DNA of 32,000 nucleotides from Streptantibioticus cattleyicolor NRRL 8057 = DSM 46488 (GTDB lineage Bacteria; Actinomycetota; Actinomycetes; Streptomycetales; Streptomycetaceae): NCBI RefSeq assembly GCF_000240165.1, contig NC_017586.1, positions 4,445,228 to 4,477,227 of the forward strand, read 5' to 3'. Shown piece by piece: positions 1 to 10,966 of this stretch (position 1 is its first letter; each line of letters starts with the position of its first letter). The notes under the pieces were generated by a model. It saw only the letters and a program-made list of their open reading frames with translations, ran no database searches and was not told where the DNA came from. The position numbers and the translations under genes were made by a program.

Positions 1-1
1 T

Positions 2-1300
2 TTCCAGGACGAGGCGCTCACCGCGGCGGCCGAGCTCTCCGACCGCTACCTCACCGACCGCTTCCTGCCGGACAAGGCGATCGACCTGGTCGACCAGGCC
101 GGCGCCCGGGTACGGCTGCGTTCCATGGGGCGCAGCACCGAGGCGGTGGAGATCGAGGACCGGCTGACCAAGCTGCGCCGGGAGAAGGACGAGGCGGTGG
201 CCGCCGAGGACTACCCGCGCGCCGACCGGCTCAAGGGCTGGATCACCCGGGCCGAGGAGGAGCTGGCCCGGCTCGGCGAGCGGCGCGAGGGCGTCGCCGC
301 GGTCACCGCCGCCGACATCGCCGCCATCGTCGCCGCCCGCACCGGCATCCCGGTGGACAAGCTCACCGCCACCGAACGCGAACGGCTGCTGAAGCTGGAG
401 GACGCCCTCCACCAGCGGGTGGTCGGCCAGGACGAGGCGGTCACCGCGGTCGCCGAGGCGGTGCGCCGCAACCGGGCCGGGCTCGGCGACCCCGACCGCC
501 CGGTGGGCTCCTTCCTCTTCCTCGGCCCGACCGGGGTGGGCAAGACCGAACTGGCCAAGGCGCTGGCCGAGTTGCTCTTCGGCGACGAGGACCGGCTGAT
601 CCGGTTCGACATGAGCGAGTTCCAGGAGCGCCACACCGTCAGCCGGCTGGTGGGCGCGCCGCCCGGGTACGTCGGCCACGAGGAGGCCGGGCAGCTCACC
701 GAGGCGGTGCGCCGCAAGCCCTACAGCGTCCTGCTCTTCGACGAGGTGGAGAAGGCCCACGCGGACGTCTTCAACCTGCTGCTCCAGGTGCTCGACGACG
801 GCCGGCTCACCGACGCCCAGGGCCGCACCGTGGACTTCCGCAACACCGTGGTCATCATGACCAGCAACATCGGCGCCCAGCGCATCCAGGGGCTGGCCGA
901 CCGTCCGCTGACCGAGATCCGCGACGCCCTCCAGCCGGAGCTGCGGGCCTACTTCCGGCCGGAGTTCCTCAACCGGATCGACGACATCATCGTCTTCCAC
1001 CCGCTCAGCCGGGAGAACCTGGCGGTCGTCGTCGACCTGATGCTGGACCGCAGCCGCCGCCGGCTGCGCGCCCAGGACCTGGACCTGGAGCTGACCGACG
1101 AGGCCAGGCAGTGGCTGGCCGACATGGGCTACCAGCCGGAGTTCGGCGCCCGGCCGCTGCGCCGGGTGATCCAGTCCGAGCTGGACAACCGGGTGGCGAG
1201 CCTGCTGCTGGAGGGGGCCGCCGAACCCGGTGACACCGTCGTGGCCGAGGTGGCCGACGGCGAGCTGTCCTGCACGGTGCGGCGGAAGGAGAGCGCCTGA
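2..1300 (+). CDS. Clp/Hsp100 AAA+ ATPase, C-terminal part (ClpC-like); 5' end lies outside the window
   Basis: Frame is open from the window edge (FQDEALTAAAELSDRYLTDRFLPDKAIDLVD) to TGA 1298-1300. Short UVR-like linker. D2 Walker A GPTGVGKT, Walker B LLFDEVEKA, sensor-2 GARPLRR. Confidence 0.9.
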   Translation, partial: FQDEALTAAAELSDRYLTDRFLPDKAIDLVDQAGARVRLRSMGRSTEAVEIEDRLTKLRREKDEAVAAEDYPRADRLKGWITRAEEELARLGERREGVAAVTAADIAAIVAARTGIPVDKLTATERERLLKLEDALHQRVVGQDEAVTAVAEAVRRNRAGLGDPDRPVGSFLFLGPTGVGKTELAKALAELLFGDEDRLIRFDMSEFQERHTVSRLVGAPPGYVGHEEAGQLTEAVRRKPYSVLLFDEVEKAHADVFNLLLQVLDDGRLTDAQGRTVDFRNTVVIMTSNIGAQRIQGLADRPLTEIRDALQPELRAYFRPEFLNRIDDIIVFHPLSRENLAVVVDLMLDRSRRRLRAQDLDLELTDEARQWLADMGYQPEFGARPLRRVIQSELDNRVASLLLEGAAEPGDTVVAEVADGELSCTVRRKESA

Positions 1301-1304
1301 GCGG

Positions 1305-2765
1305 TCAGCCGCCGCCCAGCACCGCGGAGATCACCGCCTTGGCCACCGGAGCCGCGTTGCCGCCGCCGGAGATGTCGGCCCGGTCGGCGGCGGCGTCCTC
1401 CACCACCACGGCCACCGCCACCGGCGCCGCCGACGCCCCCTTGGGCCGCGCCCAGCAGATGAACCAGGCGTACGGGGTGCCGGTGTTGCCCACCCCGTGC
1501 TGGGCGGTGCCGGTCTTGCCGCCCACTTCCACGCCGGGGATCGCGGCGTTGCCGCCGGTGCCGTCGGTGACCACGCCGAGCATCATCCGCTGGAGCAGCC
1601 CGGCGGTGCGCGCGCTCATCGCCCGGTGCAGCACGGTGGGGCGGGTGACGGCGACCACCGAGCCGTGCGCGTCGGTCTCCTGGTCGATCAGGTAGGGGGC
1701 CATCACCACTCCGCCGTTGGCGACCGCCGCGGCCACCATCGCCATCTGCAACGGGGTGGCCCGGGTGTCGTACTGGCCGACGGAGGACAGGGCGAGCTGC
1801 GCGCCGTCCATGGCGGTGTCGAAGACCGAGCCGGTGACCCGGGAGGGGATGGCCGGCCCCGCCGCGTCGAAGCCGAACGACTCGGCGGTGCGCACCATGG
1901 CCGGCAGCCCGACGTCCACGCCGAGCTTGGCGAAGACGGTGTTGCAGGACAGCTCCAGGGCGCGGCGCAGCGAGGCGTCCGCGCAGCCGTCGGCCTCGTT
2001 GGCCAGCCGGGTGGTGGTGCCGGGGAGCTGGTACGGGTCGGGGGAGTCGGTGGCCGCCTCCGGGTCGGTGACCTTGCCGGACTCCAGCGCGGCGGCGGCG
2101 GTGACCACCTTGAACGCGGAGCCGGGCGGATAGGTCTGCCGGATCGCCCGGTTGAGCAGCGGCCGGCCGGGGTCGGCGGTCAGCCGCCGCCAGGCGGCCA
2201 CGTCGGCCGGGCCGGCGCCGGCGAAGGAACCCGGGTCGTACGAGGGGCTGGAGACCAGCGCCAGGATGCGGCCGGTGGCCGGTTCCAGCGCGGCCACCGC
2301 GCCGGTGCGCCCGCCGAGCGCGTCGAAGGCGGCCTTCTGCGCGGCGGGCGAGACGGTGGCCCGCACCCGGCCGCCGGGGGCCTGCGCGCGGGTGACCGCC
2401 TGCCACAGCGGCACCGGGGCCAGCCGCGGATCGGTGCCGGAGAGCACCGCGTCCCCGGCGTTCTCCAGCAGCGTGGTGCCGAACGTCTGGGAGGCGTAGC
2501 CGGTGACCGGGGCGTAGCGGGGGCCCGCGGTGTAGGTGCGCCGGTACCGCAGCCGGCCACCGGTGTCCCGGGAGCCGGTGAGGCGTTCCGGCCCGGCGTA
2601 GATGTCACCGCGCGGCCGGTCCCAACGGACGATCAGGGAACGCCGGTTGGCCGGGTTGCGGGCGAGCGAGGGCGCCTGGACGAACTGCACCCGGTCGGCG
2701 TTGACCAGCAGGGCGGCCAGCAACAGGGCGCAGAAGACGGTGACATGGCGGACGCAGCGGATCAC
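1305..2765 (-). CDS. Class B penicillin-binding protein (PbpA/FtsI-type transpeptidase)
   Basis: GTG at 2765 overlaps the upstream SEDS stop (GTGA). N-terminal TM segment VTVFCALLLAALLV. Transpeptidase motifs S-A-F-K (PPGSAFKV), S-C-N and K-T-G-T. The longer track ORF (to 3770) is an antisense run-on. Confidence 0.9.
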   Translation of the reverse strand: MIRCVRHVTVFCALLLAALLVNADRVQFVQAPSLARNPANRRSLIVRWDRPRGDIYAGPERLTGSRDTGGRLRYRRTYTAGPRYAPVTGYASQTFGTTLLENAGDAVLSGTDPRLAPVPLWQAVTRAQAPGGRVRATVSPAAQKAAFDALGGRTGAVAALEPATGRILALVSSPSYDPGSFAGAGPADVAAWRRLTADPGRPLLNRAIRQTYPPGSAFKVVTAAAALESGKVTDPEAATDSPDPYQLPGTTTRLANEADGCADASLRRALELSCNTVFAKLGVDVGLPAMVRTAESFGFDAAGPAIPSRVTGSVFDTAMDGAQLALSSVGQYDTRATPLQMAMVAAAVANGGVVMAPYLIDQETDAHGSVVAVTRPTVLHRAMSARTAGLLQRMMLGVVTDGTGGNAAIPGVEVGGKTGTAQHGVGNTGTPYAWFICWARPKGASAAPVAVAVVVEDAAADRADISGGGNAAPVAKAVISAVLGGG

Positions 2766-4120
2766 GGCGTCTCCGGGCGGGCCGGGTGGTGCGCGCGGGC
2801 GGCGTCGCTGAGCCGGATCAGCAGCGCGATGATGATCCAGTTGGTCACCACCGAGGAGCCGCCCTGGGCCAGGAACGGCATGGCCATCCCGGTCAGCGGG
2901 ATCAGATCGGTGACCCCGCCGGCGATCACGAAGACCTGGAGGGAGAGGATCGCGGCGAGCCCGGTGGCCAGCAGCCGCCCGAACGGGTCCCGCAGCGCCA
3001 GCCCCGCCCGGTAACCGCGGGCGGCCAGCAGCGCGTAGAGCAGGAAGAGCACGGTGAGCCCGGTCAGCCCCAGCTCCTCGCCCGCGGTGGCCAGGATGAA
3101 GTCGGACCTGGCGGCGAAGCCGATCAGGATGGAGTGGCCCTGGCCGAGCCCCGCGCCGAGCAGCCCGCCGGCCCCGAACGCGAAGAGCGCCTGCGCCAGT
3201 TGGCCCGCGCCCTGCCCGGTGGTGGTGCCGGCCAGCGGATGGAGCCAGGCGGTGACCCGGCCGTGCACATGGGGTTCGAGCGAGCCGACCACCGCGGCCC
3301 CGGCCACCGCCAGCAGCAGCCCCACCGCGATCCATCCGGTGCGCCCGGTGGCCACGTAGAGCATGATCACGAAGAGGCCGAAGAAGAGCAGCGAGGTGCC
3401 CAGGTCGGTCTCGATCACCAGCACCCCGACGCTGACCGCCCAGATCGCCAGCACCGGGCCGAGCACCCGTCCGGTGGGCAGCCGCAGCCGCCACACCCGG
3501 CGCCCGGTGAACACCAGCGCGTGCCGGTTGGCGGCCAGGTACGCGGCGAAGAAGACGGCCAGCAGGATCTTGGCGAACTCCCCGGGCTGGATGGAGAAGG
3601 CGCCCACCCGGATCCAGATGCGGGCCCCGTTGACCGCCGGGAAGAACACCGGCACCACCATCAGCACCAGCGCCACGGCCATCGACAGATAGCCGTACCG
3701 GGCCGGCACCCGGTGGTCGCGCAGCGCCGCCACCACCACCGTGAACAGCGCGATGCCCAGCGCCGACCACATCATCTGGGTGGGCGCCGCGGCCCGCCCG
3801 GGGGTCTGCAGGTCCAGCCGGTAGATCAGCACCAGCCCCAGCCCGTTGAGGAGCACCGCGATCGGCAGCAGCAGCGGATCGGCGTTGCGGGCCCGCAGGC
3901 GCACCGCCAGGTGGGCCAGCCCCGCCAGCCCCGCCAGCGTGCCGCCGTAGCCGGCCACCCCCGGCGGCACCGCGCCGCGCCGGGCCAGCCCCACCTCCAC
4001 GTACCCGTACAGCGGGATCAGGACGGCCGGGACGAGCAGGGCCAGTTCCGCGCCGCGCCGCTCGGGCCGCCGTACGGCGGGCGGGGGAGCGTCCGCCGTC
4101 GTGGTGCGCATTGCCGGCAT
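2762..4120 (-). CDS. SEDS-family peptidoglycan glycosyltransferase (RodA/FtsW/SpoVE family)
   Basis: Polytopic membrane protein with typical FtsW/RodA C-terminal motifs (LPLTGMAMPFLAQGGSSVVTNW). Start at ATG 4120 (MPAMRTTT) or 4111. The track ORF extension to 5185 is antisense to the oxidase gene. Confidence 0.88.
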   Translation of the reverse strand: MPAMRTTTADAPPPAVRRPERRGAELALLVPAVLIPLYGYVEVGLARRGAVPPGVAGYGGTLAGLAGLAHLAVRLRARNADPLLLPIAVLLNGLGLVLIYRLDLQTPGRAAAPTQMMWSALGIALFTVVVAALRDHRVPARYGYLSMAVALVLMVVPVFFPAVNGARIWIRVGAFSIQPGEFAKILLAVFFAAYLAANRHALVFTGRRVWRLRLPTGRVLGPVLAIWAVSVGVLVIETDLGTSLLFFGLFVIMLYVATGRTGWIAVGLLLAVAGAAVVGSLEPHVHGRVTAWLHPLAGTTTGQGAGQLAQALFAFGAGGLLGAGLGQGHSILIGFAARSDFILATAGEELGLTGLTVLFLLYALLAARGYRAGLALRDPFGRLLATGLAAILSLQVFVIAGGVTDLIPLTGMAMPFLAQGGSSVVTNWIIIALLIRLSDAARAHHPARPETP

Positions 4121-4300
4121 GGCTGGCAACTTAGCAAGGGATGGGCGGCATGCCCGGGATGTCACAGAAGTGATCTTCGCCGGGAACGGTGGCGTGAACG
4201 GCTCGGCCCGGACGCATCCGGGGGGTGCCGCGTCCGGGCCGAGTGGCCTCAACCTACTACGCGTGTGTAGACGCACCGGCGGCGGGGGTAACGTCCCGCC

Positions 4301-5251
4301 ATGGACTGCGACGCGATCGTGCTCGGCGCCGGGATCGTCGGCCTCACCTCGGCGATACGCCTGACCGAGGCCGGGGCCCGGGTACGGATCTGGAGCCCGG
4401 ACCCGTCCGCCGCCACCACCTCCGCGGTGGCCGGCGCGCTGTGGGAGCCGTACCGTATCGAGCCCCGCGACCGGGTGGAGGCGTGGGCCCGGGACACCCT
4501 CGCCGTCCTCACCTCCCTCGCCGCCGGCCCGGCCACCGGGGTACGGCTGGTCGAGGGCACCCAGGCGCTCGACGGCCCCGCCGCCCCGCTGCCCTACTGG
4601 ACCGGCCACGTCCCCGGGGTGCGCCGGGCCGCGCCGGAGGAGCTGCCGCCCGGCGTCCCGGCCGCCTTCCGCGCCCGGCTGCCGCTGATCGACATGCCGA
4701 CCCACCTCGGCCATCTGCTGCGCCGGTTCACCGCCACCGGGGGCACCGTCGAGCGCCGCGCGGCCGGCTCGCTGACCGAGGCCGCCCGGCACGCCCCGCT
4801 GGTCGTCAACTGCACCGGCCTCGCCGCCCGCGAGCTCGTCCCCGACCCCCGGGTCCGGCCGGTACGCGGCCGTACCGTGGTCGTCGCCAACCCCGGGGTC
4901 ACCGAGTGGTTCGTGGACGCCGACGACGGTGCCGAGGCGGTCTACCTCTTCCCGCAGCCGTACGGGCTGCTGCTCGGCGGCACCGCCGAGGAGGACGCCT
5001 GGGACACCGCGCCCGACCCGCGGGCCACCGCCGCCGTCGTCGCCCGCTGCGCCCGGATCGTGCCCGCCGTCGCCACCGCCCCGGTGCTCGCCGAACGCAC
5101 CGGCCTGCGGCCCTGGCGCGACGCGGTACGCCTGGAGGCCGAGACGCTGCCGGACGGCACCCGGTGCGTCCACAACTACGGCCACGGCGGCGCCGGCGTC
5201 ACGGTGGCCTGGGGGTGCGCGGCCGAGGTGGTACGGCTGGCGGCGGCGTGA
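4301..5251 (+). CDS. FAD-dependent D-amino-acid oxidase family protein
   Basis: N-terminal dinucleotide fold VLGAGIVGL. C-terminal HNYGHGGAGVT signature typical of the DAAO family. 316 aa. Confidence 0.8.
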   Translation: MDCDAIVLGAGIVGLTSAIRLTEAGARVRIWSPDPSAATTSAVAGALWEPYRIEPRDRVEAWARDTLAVLTSLAAGPATGVRLVEGTQALDGPAAPLPYWTGHVPGVRRAAPEELPPGVPAAFRARLPLIDMPTHLGHLLRRFTATGGTVERRAAGSLTEAARHAPLVVNCTGLAARELVPDPRVRPVRGRTVVVANPGVTEWFVDADDGAEAVYLFPQPYGLLLGGTAEEDAWDTAPDPRATAAVVARCARIVPAVATAPVLAERTGLRPWRDAVRLEAETLPDGTRCVHNYGHGGAGVTVAWGCAAEVVRLAAA

Positions 5252-5258
5252 GCCCCGG

Positions 5259-7265
5259 TCACCCCGGGTCGGGGACGAGCCACAGCACCCCCTGGGCCGG
5301 CAGGTCGGCCGTCACCGCGTACCCCAGCCCCTGCCAGCGCAACGGGGCGGCCGGCAGCGTCCCGGTGCTGCCCTGCCCGGCGCCCCCGAACGCCGGCGCG
5401 TCGGTGTTGAGCACCACCCGCCACCGCCCCGGCCGCGGCACACCGACGCGGTAGCCGGGGGCGGGCACCCCGGACAGGTTGGCCACGCAGACCAGCACCG
5501 AGCCGTCGGTGCCGTGCCGCAGGAAGGCGGCGACCGCGTTGGCGGCGTCGTCGGCGGCGAGCCAGGAGAACCCCTCGGGCCGCCCGTCGGCGGAGTACAG
5601 CGCCGGAAGCGCCCGGTAGAGCCGGTTCACCTCGGTCACCAGCTCGGCGATCCCGCGGTGCAGCCGTCCCTCGGCCGGGTCGTCCAGCGCCCCCCAGTCC
5701 AGCGAACCCCCCTCGCCCCACGCCGCCGGCTGCCCGAACTCCCCGCCCATGAAGAGCAGTTGCTTGCCCGGATGGGCCCACGTCCAGGCGAGCAGGGTCC
5801 GTAACCCGGCGGCGCGGCGGGGCGCCGGACCCGGCATCCGCTGCCACAGCGACCCCCTGCCGTGCACCGCCTCCAGATGCGACAGTGGCAGCAGGTACCG
5901 CTCGTCCCAGGCGTAGGTGAGCGGGAACGTCAGATCGTGGTGGCGGCCGTGGCGCTGCGCCGGGGGACGGCCGAGGTGCCCCAGGACGTCCTGCGCCCAG
6001 CCCAGGTCCCACTTGAGGTCGAACCCCAGGCCGCCCTGGTCCGCCGGGGCCGTCACCCCCGGCCAGGTCGCCGACTCCGCGGCGATGGTGAGCACCCCCG
6101 GATGCGCCCGGTGCACCGCGGTGTTGACCTCCCGCAGCAGGCCGACCGCCTCCCAGTTCTCCGGCCCGCCCGCGGCGTTGGGTGTCCACCGCCCCGGGGC
6201 GCGCGAGTGGTCCAGGTAGAGCATCGAGGAGACCGCGTCCATCCGCAGCCCGTCGAGGTGAAACTCCTCCAGCCAGTACAGCGCGTTGGCCACCAGGAAG
6301 TTGCGCACCTGCGGCCGGCCGTAGTCGAAGACCAGGGTGCCGAAGTCCGGGTGCTCCCCGCGCACCGGATCGGGGTGCTCGTACTGGGCCGTCCCGTCGA
6401 AGCGCGCCAACGCCCAGGGGTCGCGCGGGAAATGGGCCGGAACCCAGTCCATGATCACCCCGATGCCGCGCCGGTGCAGCCCGTCCACCAGTGCCCGGAA
6501 CCCGTCCGGATCGCCGTACCGGGCGGTGGGGGCGTAGTACGAACTGACCTGGTACCCCCACGATCCGCTGTACGGGTGCTCCGCCACCGGCAGCAGTCCG
6601 GCATGGGTGAAGCCGTGGTGCTGGAGGTAGCCACCGAGTTCCCGGGCGAGCTGGCGGTAGTCGCGGCCGTGCCGCCAGCAGCCCAGGTGCACCTCGTAGA
6701 CGCTCACCGGCCGGCCGTGCCAGTCGGTGGCCGCCCGGCGGGCCAGCCACTCCTGGTCGCCCCAGGTGTACCCGGAGGTGTACACCACCGACGCGGTGCC
6801 CGGCGGCCGTTCGGCGGCGAACGCCAGCGGGTCGGCCTTCTCCCGCCACCGCCCGTCGGCGCCCAGCACCCGGAACAGGTAGCGGTCACCGGCCCGCGCC
6901 CCGGGTACGAAGGTCTGCCACACCCCGGAGACACCCAGCGGACGCAGGGCGTGCGGGACCGGGTCCCAGCCGTTGAAGTCGCCGAAGACCCGCACGTCGG
7001 CGGCGTTGGGCGCCCACAGCGCGAACGACACCCCGTCCACCGGGCCGCGCGCGGTGGGGCGCCGGCGCGGATGGGCGCCCAGCACCCGCCACAGCCGCTC
7101 GTGCCGGCCGCGGCCGATCAAATGCAGGTCGAGTTCGCCGAGGCTGGGCGGACGCCGGTCGGCCCCGCCCCAGGCCGCCGGATGGCCGCCGGCCGCGCCC
7201 GCCAGCCGGTCGGTGAGCTGGTCGAGCACGGCGGCGACCCACGACAACGGTTTGCGAGCGCTCAT
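5259..7265 (-). CDS. glgB: 1,4-alpha-glucan branching enzyme
   Basis: GH13 branching-enzyme motifs (FALWAPNA..VFGDFNGWD, GVIMDWVPAHF, GLRMDAV, IAAESATWPGV). Start chosen at ATG 7265 (MSARKPL), preceded by GGAAG. The upstream part of the track ORF (to 7406) looks non-coding. Confidence 0.9.
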   Translation of the reverse strand: MSARKPLSWVAAVLDQLTDRLAGAAGGHPAAWGGADRRPPSLGELDLHLIGRGRHERLWRVLGAHPRRRPTARGPVDGVSFALWAPNAADVRVFGDFNGWDPVPHALRPLGVSGVWQTFVPGARAGDRYLFRVLGADGRWREKADPLAFAAERPPGTASVVYTSGYTWGDQEWLARRAATDWHGRPVSVYEVHLGCWRHGRDYRQLARELGGYLQHHGFTHAGLLPVAEHPYSGSWGYQVSSYYAPTARYGDPDGFRALVDGLHRRGIGVIMDWVPAHFPRDPWALARFDGTAQYEHPDPVRGEHPDFGTLVFDYGRPQVRNFLVANALYWLEEFHLDGLRMDAVSSMLYLDHSRAPGRWTPNAAGGPENWEAVGLLREVNTAVHRAHPGVLTIAAESATWPGVTAPADQGGLGFDLKWDLGWAQDVLGHLGRPPAQRHGRHHDLTFPLTYAWDERYLLPLSHLEAVHGRGSLWQRMPGPAPRRAAGLRTLLAWTWAHPGKQLLFMGGEFGQPAAWGEGGSLDWGALDDPAEGRLHRGIAELVTEVNRLYRALPALYSADGRPEGFSWLAADDAANAVAAFLRHGTDGSVLVCVANLSGVPAPGYRVGVPRPGRWRVVLNTDAPAFGGAGQGSTGTLPAAPLRWQGLGYAVTADLPAQGVLWLVPDPG

Positions 7266-7719
7266 CGGGTACTTCCGCCTTCGGCGTGGGGGACCCCGCA
7301 CGGCGGACAGCGGTGGCCGGTCATGTTGGGGACGTACCGCGGTCACGGCCGATCGGGAAGGGCAACCTTCCGGTGTCGTCACGGACGGTTCCGGTCCGGC
7401 GTCCACAGCATCGCCGAGCCGGGCCCGCCCCGCCGTCCCGGCCCGGCCGGAACGGTCCGGAACACGCCACCGGCACGCTCCCCCGCACAGGGCGGATACC
7501 CGCTCGTCGGGCGGTCGTCACCGGCGCGCGGGGCACGGCGGCTGTGGCACGGGCCACCGGCTGGGGAGGCCGGGACCGCCGAGACTGTCCGGAATGCGCG
7601 TTGTGGCCCTCTGTTGCTTACGGCATATTCGCCATGGCACGCCGTGTGTACACCACTTGGCGTACGGCGGATGCCACCTCCGGGCCAGGCCCGGCCCCCG
7701 CCCTCGTCCGGAGGGACCC

Positions 7720-8397
7720 ATGGTGACCACCATCGCGCTGTGCGACCCCAACCTCCTCATCCGCGGCGGGCTGCGCGCCATCCTGGCCGGCGAGCCGGAC
7801 ATCGAGGTGGTCGCCGAGGTGGCCGACGGGGAACAGGCGCTGCGGACGGTCCGGCGGCTCCGCCCCGACCTGCTCTTCACCGCCCTCGACCTGCCCGGCG
7901 GCCACGGCTTCGAGGTGGCCCGCGCCCTCGCCCGCGCCCCGGAGACCCGCAGCACCGGGGTGGTCTTCCTCGCGCAGAGCTTCGACCCGGCGCTGGCGGT
8001 GCAGGGGCTGATGGCCGGCGGCCGGGCCTTCGTCTCCACCGGCGACCCGCCGCGCCGCCTGGTGACGGCGGCCCGCGCGGTGGCCGCCGGGTACGCCGTG
8101 CTGCCCCCGGCGGTGCTGGCGGACGGGCCGTGGCTGACCGGATCCGGCGGCGCCGCCCGGCCCGGTGCCGCCCCCGGCGTCCCCGGGCTGACCGGCCGCG
8201 AACTGGAGGTGCTGCGGCTGATGGCCGCCGGGATGTCCAACGCCGAGATCGCCGGCCACCTCTCCCTCGGCGAGGCCACCGTCAAGTCCCACGTCTCCCG
8301 CCTGCTGGGCAAACTGGGCCTGCGCAACCGCTCCCAGGCCATCGCCTGCGCCTACCGCACCGGACTGGTCACCGTCCCCGTCCCCGGCCGGGGCTGA
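7720..8397 (+). CDS. flL: LuxR/NarL-family regulator with atypical receiver domain (fl locus)
   Basis: ATG 7720 preceded by GGAGGG. C-terminal LuxR HTH (LTGRELEVLRLMAAGMSNAEIAGHLSLGEATVKSHVSRLL). The receiver-like N-terminus has a displaced Asp (TALDLPG) and no conserved Lys (AFVSTG). Gene position matches the published fl order. Confidence 0.85.
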   Translation: MVTTIALCDPNLLIRGGLRAILAGEPDIEVVAEVADGEQALRTVRRLRPDLLFTALDLPGGHGFEVARALARAPETRSTGVVFLAQSFDPALAVQGLMAGGRAFVSTGDPPRRLVTAARAVAAGYAVLPPAVLADGPWLTGSGGAARPGAAPGVPGLTGRELEVLRLMAAGMSNAEIAGHLSLGEATVKSHVSRLLGKLGLRNRSQAIACAYRTGLVTVPVPGRG

Positions 8398-8501
8398 CCG
8401 GCCGCCACCCGGCCGGAAAGCCACCGCCGGAGCGGGCCCCCGGGGCACCATGGGAACGGCGAGATCGGTCCCTTCGCCCCGGCACCAGTGAGGAGTGGCC
8501 C

Positions 8502-8921
8502 ATGAAGGACGGCATGCGGGTCGGCGAGCGGTTCACCCACGACTTCGTGGTCCCGCCGCACAAGACGGTGCGCCACCTGTACCCCGAGTCCCCCGAATTC
8601 GCCGAATTTCCCGAGGTGTTCGCCACCGGGTTCATGGTGGGGCTGATGGAGTGGGCGTGCGTGCGGGCCATGGCGCCCTACCTCGAACCCGGCGAGGGCA
8701 GCCTCGGCACCGCCATCTGCGTCACCCACACCGCCGCCACCCCGCCGGGCCTGACCGTCACCGTCACCGCCGAACTGCGCTCGGTCGAGGGACGGCGGCT
8801 CAGCTGGCGGGTCAGCGCCCACGACGGGGTGGACGAGATCGGCTCCGGCACCCACGAGCGCGCCGTGATCCACCTGGAGAAGTTCAACGCCAAGGTCAGG
8901 CAGAAGACCCCGGCCGGCTGA
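8502..8921 (+). CDS. flK: Fluoroacetyl-CoA-specific hot-dog thioesterase
   Basis: 139 aa. RBS GAGGAG 6 nt upstream. The sequence matches my memory of S. cattleya FlK. Catalytic Thr42/Glu50/His76 and gate Phe36 fall at exactly those positions when counted from Met1. Confidence 0.97.
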   Translation: MKDGMRVGERFTHDFVVPPHKTVRHLYPESPEFAEFPEVFATGFMVGLMEWACVRAMAPYLEPGEGSLGTAICVTHTAATPPGLTVTVTAELRSVEGRRLSWRVSAHDGVDEIGSGTHERAVIHLEKFNAKVRQKTPAG

Positions 8922-9291
8922 GCGGATCCGGCCCCGGCCCGCGCCCCGGCGCCGGGAAGCGCACCGCCCGCACCTCGTCCAGCACGATCAGGTTCTCCGG
9001 CGCGATCCGCTCCAGCACCGGCAGGAACGACTCGATGGCCTCGGCGGTGTCCACCGCCACCACCATCACCGGCAGGTCGCGGGGCGGGCGCAGCAGCCCG
9101 CCCTCGCGCACCACCCCGGAGCGGCCGTAGCCGCCGATGCCGCGCAGCACGCTCATCCCGCGTAACCCGCGCTGACGGCCGAGGCGGACGATCTCGGCGT
9201 ACCGCGGGCGCCCCGCGCACCGGTCGGCCAGATCCGTGAAGACGGTCAGGCGGCGCAACGCGCCGGCCGGCCGGGGACGGGGCGCTTCCAT
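8896..9291 (-). CDS. flJ: DUF190 (COG1993, PII-like fold) protein
   Basis: 131 aa. DUF190-like core (LTVFTDLADRCAGRPRYAEIVRLGRQRGLRGMSVLRGIGGYG..LPVMVVAVD). RBS GAGGGGGGA. Lies 15 nt downstream of the flI stop. Its 3' end overlaps the flK 3' end by 26 bp (convergent). Confidence 0.85.
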   Translation of the reverse strand: MEAPRPRPAGALRRLTVFTDLADRCAGRPRYAEIVRLGRQRGLRGMSVLRGIGGYGRSGVVREGGLLRPPRDLPVMVVAVDTAEAIESFLPVLERIAPENLIVLDEVRAVRFPAPGRGPGPDPLSRPGSSA

Positions 9292-9306
9292 CCCGGGCGT
9301 CCCCCC

Positions 9307-10776
<1,470 letters not shown>

Positions 10777-10966
10777 GCTCCAGCCTCCGACTGCCGGTGG
10801 TGCCTGTGTGGTTGTCCGGGCCAGCCTGCCGCGACCGGTGCCCTGGCGCATCCGTCGCGATGCGGAAAGTCGCCCTCCGCCGCCAGGTGGTGAACGCCCC
10901 GCGAACTCCACCCGGAGACGGAATCCGCACGGCGGAACGGAAAGCCCGCAAGGAATAGCCGACCGG

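Noticed and set aside
7600-7620. ggccctctgttgc upstream of flL as a solo or degenerate TIR of the same element
   Set aside because: It needs an indel and mismatches to align, and no adjacent element-like sequence is present.
5862-8921. 1019-aa plus-strand ORF across glgB, flL and flK
   Set aside because: Only its last 139 codons (flK) look like protein. The rest is antisense to glgB or out of frame with flL, and is Arg/Pro/Gly-rich.
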